Shown here: piece by piece, positions 56,785-64,000 of the stretch
How positions within the stretch are numbered: position 1 is the stretch's first letter
Layout: each line of letters starts with the position of its first letter
Assembly (NCBI GenBank): GCA_045863855.1
Contig: BTVV01000022.1
Coordinates: 1-64,000 of the forward strand
DNA from: Planctomycetota bacterium
GTDB lineage: Bacteria > Planctomycetota > SZUA-567 > H5-PLA8
DNA: 64,000 nucleotides
Reading direction: 5' to 3'
The notes under the pieces: model-generated
The model's input: only the letters and a program-made list of their open reading frames with translations
What the model was told of the DNA's origin: nothing
The model's database searches: none
Program-made: the position numbers and the translations under genes

Positions 56785-59049
56785 TTAAAACTCCGGCGGC
56801 GGCGCGGGCGGCTTCACCGCCTCGCCTTTCGCCGGTCCGTTTTCCCGCACTCCGTTCTGCAGCACGTCTGGCAGTTCGCGCGAACGAATTAGCTTCACGC
56901 TTCCATTCTGCAAGAGCACCGGAACCGGGCGATTCCCTTGCGCCGGACCCAGATAGGCAAGCACCAGATGATCCTGCGCCTGCTTGCCCAGGTACGTCAC
57001 GCGGCCCAGCTTCTCCGCGTCCGCGGGCTGAAAGTATTGCGGCACCATCGCCGTCAGCACCGCCGGAAACTGCCCCTGATTATCCCGAGCGTAATCGTTC
57101 AAGTGCTTGTGAATATCCCGCAGCAATTGGCGCTCTTCGACCATCCGGTCTTCGACCGCGGGCTCTGCGCCGCCCTCTTCGCCGCCTCCGCCGCGGCCCC
57201 CGCGCTTCAGCGCCTCCCCGGTTACCGCCACCAGCGGCAGCAGCCCCACGCCCAGCGTCGTCGAACTGTACCCTTGCAGCAGCAGCCCTTCCGCGTCCGA
57301 CGTGAAACCCATCACCTGCGGCGTCAGCAGCGCCGCCAACTGCTTCGCCGTGGGCAACTGCAACAGATCCACCTGCGGCGTGCGCCGCGATTGAATCTGG
57401 CCCACCGGCACCAGGATCTCGTACGCCGCCGTCGCGATCGCCGCCGAATCGATGTACAGCAGCGCCTGCTGCGAGGCCTCCATCCGTTCCCGCGCCGCAC
57501 GGAACGCCGCATCGTCGGCCAGCGTGCCCTGCGGAACGGCGTCGCCCAAGCGGTCCAGCTCATCCTTCAGCGCTAGCGGGTACAGGCTCACCAGCACGCG
57601 GTCTTCCTTCACCGCCCAGCAGATCTGGCCCGCCGCGTCGCCTTGCACGATCTTTCTTCGCGCCACCGTGATCGTCGTTCCGAAGTGCGGCGCTTCGATG
57701 TAATCCATCTCCGCCGCCCCGGCTTTCTTTAAGGCGTCCAGCACCGCGACCGCCTTCGCTTTATCCAGCACCCCCAGCGATAGCACCGGGCTCGGCATGC
57801 CCACCGTGAGTTTGGGATTCTTCGCCGGCGCCGATAGCGTAAGCAGCGCTTGGCCGCTCAGCGCGCCCAGCAGATCCTGCCGCACGTCGATGCCCAGTTT
57901 CTGGTTCAGTTCCGCCAAGCGCGCGTTCGCCGTCTCCCGCGCCGCGGGATCCACGATGCCGCCCACCTCGATCAGCCGGTCCAGCAGATCCACCGGCGAC
58001 GCCTGGATCGCGAATGCCGCCAGCGTCTGCTTCGGCGCATTCAGGAGCGTCTCCGCCGGCAGCGCGGCGCCGGACAGCAGCGTCAGCAGGCCCGTCCGCT
58101 CCGCCTTCGGTGCGTCCAGGTACAGCACCTCGCGCATGCCCGGACCTTCCAGCCGCAGGCTCCACGCCAGCGCCTTCATCGCCGCCAGGCCCGCCAGCTT
58201 CTGCTGCGCCGCTTGCTCCGCGTTCGCCGGATCCATGTTGAAGTCCGGAATCTTGCGCAGTTCCTCCAGGTTCACGTAGACCAGCGCATCCGACGCGTTG
58301 CCCGTCTTGGCCTGCACGCGCTGAAACGCCGGGAGCTGGCTCAACGTCTTGACCTGGTCCGCTTCAGGCGGCGGGCCGGCAGCCTTCGAAATGCGCTTCG
58401 CCGCCAGCAGATTCTCCAGCCGGTTCGAGCGCAGCGAAAACATGAACGTCCCTTCGCTCACGCCGTAGTAGATCTCGAAAGGCGCCTGCGGATGGCTGAT
58501 CGTCGTGATCGATACCCCGTCGAAGTTCGATTCGCCCATCGCCAGCGTGCCTTGCGTGGCCGTATTGAGCTTGTCGATCAGACCGTTCCAATACGTCATC
58601 CACTTTTGCATCTGCCCGCGCGGCTGCACGGCCACGATCACATCCGGAATCGGCTTGCCGTCTTCGCCGCGCTGCGGCAAGTACCCCAGGAACCCGATCG
58701 TCACTTCGCCTTGCAGCGTCTCGAGCAAGTCCTTGACCGTGAACCCCATCTGCTGCGCGGCCATCCCCAGACCCGCGCGCACCTGCAGGAGCGGCAGCTT
58801 GAACGCCTTGAGCACGTTCTCGTCGCTCCCGATCTTCCACAGCGCTGTCTCTTCCAGCTTCACGCGCGCCTGGGCCAGATCGCGGAACGAAACCGCGAAG
58901 AGCGTCTCCTGCGGCAACAGCGGCAGCGCCGCCCAAGCCTGCTCCGCCGGAGCCGGCGCGGGCGCCGGTTCTTGCGCTGACAGAACGCACGGCCAGCACA
59001 CCGCCGCGCACAGCACCAGCACCCATTTCAGATCACGCATCGTTCGCAT
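56785..59049 (-). CDS. Large exported hypothetical protein
   Basis: Signal peptide; two similar halves (LPQETLFA / APKQTLAA). Confidence 0.6.
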   Translation of the reverse strand: MRTMRDLKWVLVLCAAVCWPCVLSAQEPAPAPAPAEQAWAALPLLPQETLFAVSFRDLAQARVKLEETALWKIGSDENVLKAFKLPLLQVRAGLGMAAQQMGFTVKDLLETLQGEVTIGFLGYLPQRGEDGKPIPDVIVAVQPRGQMQKWMTYWNGLIDKLNTATQGTLAMGESNFDGVSITTISHPQAPFEIYYGVSEGTFMFSLRSNRLENLLAAKRISKAAGPPPEADQVKTLSQLPAFQRVQAKTGNASDALVYVNLEELRKIPDFNMDPANAEQAAQQKLAGLAAMKALAWSLRLEGPGMREVLYLDAPKAERTGLLTLLSGAALPAETLLNAPKQTLAAFAIQASPVDLLDRLIEVGGIVDPAARETANARLAELNQKLGIDVRQDLLGALSGQALLTLSAPAKNPKLTVGMPSPVLSLGVLDKAKAVAVLDALKKAGAAEMDYIEAPHFGTTITVARRKIVQGDAAGQICWAVKEDRVLVSLYPLALKDELDRLGDAVPQGTLADDAAFRAARERMEASQQALLYIDSAAIATAAYEILVPVGQIQSRRTPQVDLLQLPTAKQLAALLTPQVMGFTSDAEGLLLQGYSSTTLGVGLLPLVAVTGEALKRGGRGGGGEEGGAEPAVEDRMVEERQLLRDIHKHLNDYARDNQGQFPAVLTAMVPQYFQPADAEKLGRVTYLGKQAQDHLVLAYLGPAQGNRPVPVLLQNGSVKLIRSRELPDVLQNGVRENGPAKGEAVKPPAPPPEF

Positions 59050-59431
59050 CGCAGACCCCTCTCGCAATCCCCACAAAATTCACCGGTCAACATCTGCCCG
59101 TTATGGGGCATTTCAGCAGATCCTTTCAAGTCTTTTGAGCGCTTCGAAAATTTCGCGGATCGGATGAGCGTGCGGCGTTCGACGAGTCTGAGCAGACCGT
59201 GCGTGCGGAGATCCTCCACACTCGTCGAAAAGTTCCTCATCCTGCGCCCCGCAGGCGGCTCCTTTTGAAGGGCTCTCCTACAGCCCGCCGCTGCGGCCCG
59301 GAACTATTTCAAACGCCGGGCCGTTCCGAGAATCCGCCGCTCTTTCCCGCTGCACATGGCGCAGATACTGAATTTCATCCGCTCACGCAAAATCCGTTGC
59401 GCAAGCGCGCGCGCGGTGTATTGTTTTTTGC

Positions 59432-60394
59432 ATGCAAAATACAAAGGCCCCGGCGCTGCCGCTCTCCGTCGCGCGAACCATCCTCGCCGATGTCGCCGAC
59501 GGCCGACTCAAGCCCGGCGCGCGCGTCATCGAGCAAGCCTACTCCGCGCGTTGCGGCGTCTCGCGCACGCCCGTCCGCGAAGCCCTCAGCCTGCTCAGCC
59601 GTCACGGCGTCCTCGAACAGGCCGCGCGCCACGGCGCCTGCGTCCGCTCCAGTCCCGTCGCCGCCCGCAAGCTCCTCGCCCGCAAACCCTTCGCCGGAAA
59701 AGCCGCCGAACGCACACCCACCGAACCGGCCTTTGTCGAACTCACCGGCCGCATCCGTGCGCTCTTGCACGATCCTCAAGCCTTGCCGGACGCCATCCTT
59801 AAGGATACCGCCTTCGCCCGCACCCTCGGCGTCAGCCGCACCACCGCCAACCGCGCGCTCTCCGGGCTCGCCCGCGAAGGCCTCCTCGAACCCCTGCCCC
59901 GCCGCGGCTGGCGCCGCGTGCGTCTCGGGCCGCAGGCTTACCTCGATTGGTACGAGTACCGCATGGCGCTGGAACCTGCCGCGTTGCGCGCCGCCTGGAT
60001 GCAACTCGACCGCCCCGCGCTCGCCGCGTTGCGCGAACGAACCGCCCACGCCGCCACCCCGCGCGGACTGGCCGCCCTCACTGCCCCCGCGCGCATCGAT
60101 CTGGATCTGGCGCTCCACCGCGCCATCCTCGAAGCATGCGCCAATCCGTTTCTCAAGCGCGCCATGCAGCAAGCCGAAGCCCAACTCCCGGTCTACATGG
60201 CCCTGATGCCTTCCTGGCACGTCCCGTCCCGCGCCGAAGCCACCTTTCGCGAACACATGGAAATTCTGGACGCTATCTTTCGCGATCAGCCCGCCGCGGC
60301 CGAAGCCGCGCTGCGCAAGCATCTGCTAAACGCACGCAAGCATCTTGCACGAGGCATGCGCGCGCCCGTATCCAACCCCGGCTCCGAAGCCTGA
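59432..60394 (+). CDS. GntR family regulator with two wHTH domains and an FCD domain
   Basis: GVSRTPVREAL and GVSRTTANRAL; FCD-like C-terminus. Confidence 0.8.
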   Translation: MQNTKAPALPLSVARTILADVADGRLKPGARVIEQAYSARCGVSRTPVREALSLLSRHGVLEQAARHGACVRSSPVAARKLLARKPFAGKAAERTPTEPAFVELTGRIRALLHDPQALPDAILKDTAFARTLGVSRTTANRALSGLAREGLLEPLPRRGWRRVRLGPQAYLDWYEYRMALEPAALRAAWMQLDRPALAALRERTAHAATPRGLAALTAPARIDLDLALHRAILEACANPFLKRAMQQAEAQLPVYMALMPSWHVPSRAEATFREHMEILDAIFRDQPAAAEAALRKHLLNARKHLARGMRAPVSNPGSEA

Positions 60395-60407
60395 AAGGAA
60401 GCTCCGC

Positions 60408-61820
60408 ATGGCTCGAACCCTTCGCGTCGCTTTCGTCGGCGGACCCATGTACGACGGCCTTTACGCCCGCCTCCCCGGCTTCGAACGCGCGCACGGCCTT
60501 AAGGTCGAGATCGGCTTCAAGGGCGATCATCCGGCGCTCAACGAGCACCTCGCCGCTCACGGCGCTTCGTACGACCTCGTCAGCACGCACAGCAAATACG
60601 CGCCCAGCCAAGCCGGCTTCTTGCGACCGCTCGACGAAATCGTCCATCCACGCGAACTCGCCGCCTTCGCGCCTTCCACCGTCGAACTGATGCGTTACCA
60701 AGGCGCGCTTCTACAGCTGCCGCGCGTCATCGACAGCAAGATCCTCTTCTACCGCACCGACCTTGCCGCCGATCCCGAGTTGCGCGACGGCTACAAGATG
60801 ATCACCGGCCGCGACCTCCGGCCGCCCGAAACCTGGGACCAGCTCGCCGAGATGGCCGCGCTCATCAAGCAGCACCGCGGCATCGACGGTTTCGTCTTCC
60901 CCGGCAAGGAGTCCGGGCTCTTCGGGCACTTCTACGAGATCCTCGAATGCGCCGGCGGCGAACTTTTCACGCCGGACCTCGAACCGGCCTTCGTCAGCGA
61001 CGCCGGCCGCTACGCGGTCAGCCTCCTCGTGCGCCTGTACCACGAATCCGCGCCCAAGGACCTCCCCAACTGGCATTACGACCAGGTGGCCGCGCACTTC
61101 CTGCGCGGCGACGCGGCCATGACCACCGATTGGCCCGGCAGCTACCACGCCTACCGAAACAGCCCGGCCGTCGGCGAACGCTTCGACGTGGCCATCTATC
61201 CCGTCGGCCCCAGCGGCAAGCGCCGCGTCTACAGCGGCGGGCACTCGTTCGCCCTCACCAGCGGCACCCGCGACGTCCCCGCCGCCCTCGAACTCCTCCG
61301 CTTCCTCACCAGCGACGAGAGCCAGACCCACGAAGCGCGCCTGGGCAGCGTCGTACCGTCCACCGCCGCGATGCAGACCGTCAAGAACGAAGCGCCCGCC
61401 GGTGGCCGCGAAGCCCGCCGCCTCGCGATCCTCGACGAGACCATGCGCGACTGCATGGCCATCCCGCCCAAATTCCCGCGCTACCCGCTCTGCGAAGACG
61501 CGCTCTGGGAATCCATCCGCGCCGCGCTCCTGGGCGAACTGACCGTCGATCAGGCGCTCCTCGAAGCCGCCGCGGCCGTCCGCGCCATCACGCGCGAGAA
61601 GCGTCCGGCGCACGGCGTGGCGCATAAGCCCGCGCCCAAGAAGAAAGCTGCGCCGCCGCGCAAACCCAAGTTCGACGCCGCCCCGGCGAAGCCGGCCGCG
61701 AAACCGGCGCCGAGCAAGTCGGCCCGCCAGAAAGCGCCCAAGAAACCCAAGGCCGTCAAGCGCGCCGCCAAACCCAAACCCAAGGCCCGGCCGAAGCCGA
61801 AAAAGAAAGCGAGGCGCTGA
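60408..61820 (+). CDS. Sugar-binding-protein-like protein with Lys/Ala/Pro-rich tail
   Basis: LFYRTDL, PETWDQL SBP motifs; no signal peptide; KPAPKKKAA... tail. Confidence 0.75.
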   Translation: MARTLRVAFVGGPMYDGLYARLPGFERAHGLKVEIGFKGDHPALNEHLAAHGASYDLVSTHSKYAPSQAGFLRPLDEIVHPRELAAFAPSTVELMRYQGALLQLPRVIDSKILFYRTDLAADPELRDGYKMITGRDLRPPETWDQLAEMAALIKQHRGIDGFVFPGKESGLFGHFYEILECAGGELFTPDLEPAFVSDAGRYAVSLLVRLYHESAPKDLPNWHYDQVAAHFLRGDAAMTTDWPGSYHAYRNSPAVGERFDVAIYPVGPSGKRRVYSGGHSFALTSGTRDVPAALELLRFLTSDESQTHEARLGSVVPSTAAMQTVKNEAPAGGREARRLAILDETMRDCMAIPPKFPRYPLCEDALWESIRAALLGELTVDQALLEAAAAVRAITREKRPAHGVAHKPAPKKKAAPPRKPKFDAAPAKPAAKPAPSKSARQKAPKKPKAVKRAAKPKPKARPKPKKKARR

Positions 61821-61822
61821 AG

Positions 61823-62587
61823 ATGGGCGACCGACTGAAGGACCGCGTGGCGATCGTCACCGGCGGCGCGCGCGGCATCGGCGAAGGCTGCGCCAAGGCC
61901 ATGGCCGACGAAGGCGCCCGTGTCGTCGTGGCCGACGTGAAGGACGCCGACGCCGCGCGGACCGTCCGCGAGATCGAAGCCCGCGGCGGCACGGCCGTCT
62001 ACGTCCGCACCGACGTCCTCGATGCCGCCAGCATCCGCGCCTGCGTCGCCGCGGCTCTCGAACGCTTCGGCGCGCTCCACGCGCTCGTCAACAACGCCGG
62101 CACCCATTTCCCCCACGCCATCGACGATCTCAGCTCCGAGAAATGGGACTTCATGCTCAACCTGAACCTCAAATCCATGTTCCTCTTTTGCCAGGCCGCG
62201 CTCCCCGAACTGCGCAAAACCAAGGGCGCGATCGTGAACATGTCTTCCGTCCGCGGCTTGATCGGACAGACCGACGCGGTCGCTTACTGCTCGAGCAAAG
62301 CTGGCATCCTGGGCTTTACGCGCGGCCTGGCCCGCGACGAAGCGAAGAACGGCGTGCGCGTCAACGCCATCTGCCCCAGCAACGTCCGCACTCCGCTGAT
62401 GGAAGAATGGCTCGCCAAACAGAAAGACCCGGCCGCGATGCGTAAACTCTGCGAAGACGCGCAGCCCATCGGGCGTATGGCCGAGATCGAAGAAATCGGC
62501 CGCGTCGCCGTCTTCCTCGCCTGTTCGGACAGCTCCTTCATGACCGGTACGCATCTCGTCGTGGACGGCGGAGCGCTACTGGATTGA
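61823..62587 (+). CDS. Short-chain dehydrogenase/reductase
   Basis: TGGARGIG, NNAG, YCSSK. Confidence 0.92.
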   Translation: MGDRLKDRVAIVTGGARGIGEGCAKAMADEGARVVVADVKDADAARTVREIEARGGTAVYVRTDVLDAASIRACVAAALERFGALHALVNNAGTHFPHAIDDLSSEKWDFMLNLNLKSMFLFCQAALPELRKTKGAIVNMSSVRGLIGQTDAVAYCSSKAGILGFTRGLARDEAKNGVRVNAICPSNVRTPLMEEWLAKQKDPAAMRKLCEDAQPIGRMAEIEEIGRVAVFLACSDSSFMTGTHLVVDGGALLD

Positions 62588-62601
62588 CGGACTTTTTAAA
62601 A

Positions 62602-62690
62602 CCGTGGAGACGCGGAGTACGCAGAGAACGACGAGACGGGATTGACCTTGAACACGCAATCGTCCTTGGCCTTCCTCTGCGCCTCCGCGG
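62602..62690. repeat. Intergenic REP-like imperfect inverted repeat
   Basis: ccgtggagacgcggag ... ctctgcgcctccgcgg. Confidence 0.35.
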
Positions 62691-62714
62691 CGAATACAGC
62701 TTAAAGGACCTCGC

Positions 62715-63680
62715 ATGGCTCACGTCTTGATTACCGGCGGCTGCGGCTTCTTCGGCGCTTGGATTCTGCGCAAGCTTCTCGACGCCGGACACCGCGCCAC
62801 CGTCTGGGACATGGAACTCAACCCGCGCCGTTGGCTGATGATCCTCGCGCCGGCCGAAGTCGAGCGCATCGGCTTCGCCTCCGTCCGCGTCGACGACCCC
62901 GATGCCGTCAAAGCTGCGATGCTCGAGACCCAGCCCGAGGCCATCATTCACCTCGCCGGCCTCCAAGTCCCCACCTGCAAAGCGACGCCGCTCGCCGGCG
63001 CGCGCGTCAACGTGCTCGGTACGCTCGGCGTCTTCGAAGCCGCCCTCGCGCTCCCGAACAAGCCGGGCCTGGCCTACGCCAGCAGCGCCGCCGTCTTCGG
63101 CAGCGATGCCGACTACGATCACCAGGCCGTCGGCGACGCGAGCTGGCCGCGCCCCAGCACCCATTACGGCGCCTTCAAGCTCTGCAACGAAACCAACGCC
63201 CGCGTCTACGCGCAGGATCACGGTCTGGGCAGCGTCGGCTTCCGCCCGCTCACGGTCTACGGCCCCGGCCGCGACGTGGGGCTCACCAGCTTCCCTACGC
63301 GCGCCATCGCCGCCGCGCTCCTGGGCCAGAAATTCGATATCCCCTTCTCCGGCCCCACCTGCTACACCCACGTAGCCGAAGTCGCCGACTACTTCGTCGC
63401 CGCCGCGCTGAGCACCAACAAAGAGAACGCCTCCGTTTACACCGTCGGCGGCGAAGTCGCCGACTCCAAGACTTACATCGCCAAGCTTGCCAAACACGTG
63501 CCCGAAGCGGCGGCGCTCATCACGTGCAGCGGCGGAAACCTGCCCATCGCATCGCACCTCGACGACCAGCCCCTGCGCGCCGCGTTTCCGCAAGTGAAGC
63601 GCATCGGATTGGACGAAGGCATTGGCCAGACGGCGGATCTGTTCCGCCGGCTAAAGGCCGAAGGGAAGTTGGCGGTCTGA
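62715..63680 (+). CDS. NAD-dependent epimerase/dehydratase
   Basis: TGGCGFFG, ASSAAVFG, YGAFK, VYGPGR. Confidence 0.88.
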   Translation: MAHVLITGGCGFFGAWILRKLLDAGHRATVWDMELNPRRWLMILAPAEVERIGFASVRVDDPDAVKAAMLETQPEAIIHLAGLQVPTCKATPLAGARVNVLGTLGVFEAALALPNKPGLAYASSAAVFGSDADYDHQAVGDASWPRPSTHYGAFKLCNETNARVYAQDHGLGSVGFRPLTVYGPGRDVGLTSFPTRAIAAALLGQKFDIPFSGPTCYTHVAEVADYFVAAALSTNKENASVYTVGGEVADSKTYIAKLAKHVPEAAALITCSGGNLPIASHLDDQPLRAAFPQVKRIGLDEGIGQTADLFRRLKAEGKLAV

Positions 63681-63872
63681 CGGAGATGAGAAGATGGCGT
63701 GCGGTCCGGAAGAAGAACCGAATCCCACGGATGTAAAACCCGAAGACGCCAAGCCGCCTTCGGATGGCTTCTTAACGATGCTTGGAGAAGCCTGTCTTGT
63801 GGAGCTCCTGATTTCTGCCGGATTCCTGATTGCATTGGTATTGCTACTCAAAGCGTGTTGAAAGGAAACCTC

Positions 63873-64000
63873 ATGCCCATCACCGTCACCCAACTCACCG
63901 TCCGCGACATCCGGTTTCCGACGAGCAAACACCTCGACGGCTCGGACGCGATGAACCTCGCGCCCGACTACAGCGCCGCGTACGTCGTCTTGCGCACCAG
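63873..64000 (+). CDS. L-fuconate dehydratase-like enolase-superfamily protein (truncated by the window edge)
   Basis: [49 protein letters not shown]. Confidence 0.75.
   Translation, partial: MPITVTQLTVRDIRFPTSKHLDGSDAMNLAPDYSAAYVVLRT

Overview
GC-rich bacterial chromosomal window. The many HEAT-repeat, PQQ-propeller and VIT/vWA genes suggest a Planctomycetota-like host (inference only). Most of it is housekeeping or accessory metabolism: hisE, iPGM-like, hom, Ktr K+ uptake, ECF sigma with a giant FecR-VIT-vWA partner, uppS, thyA-folA, sulfatase maturase, a fuconate-type sugar cluster and tRNA-Arg(CCG). The main feature is a ~15.4 kb element (36438-51826) integrated in a tRNA-Arg(GCG) gene between exact 50-bp direct repeats. 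It encodes a tyrosine integrase, an excisionase and a split primase plus SF3 helicase, but no recognisable capsid, portal or terminase, so it looks like a phage satellite (PICI-like). Unusual points: (i) the att site lies inside the integrase frame, so excision would swap a 6-aa tail for an 88-aa tail; (ii) one ~58-bp promoter-like sequence is duplicated in front of both divergent operons; (iii) an iteron-bearing inverted repeat (candidate ori) and two cosQ-like repeats lie near the left end; (iv) a ~40-aa scaffold-like helical module is repeated around a 62-residue Asp/Glu tract; (v) there is a stand-alone MutS-domain-I-like mini-protein. All protein calls come from motif reading; no searches were run.
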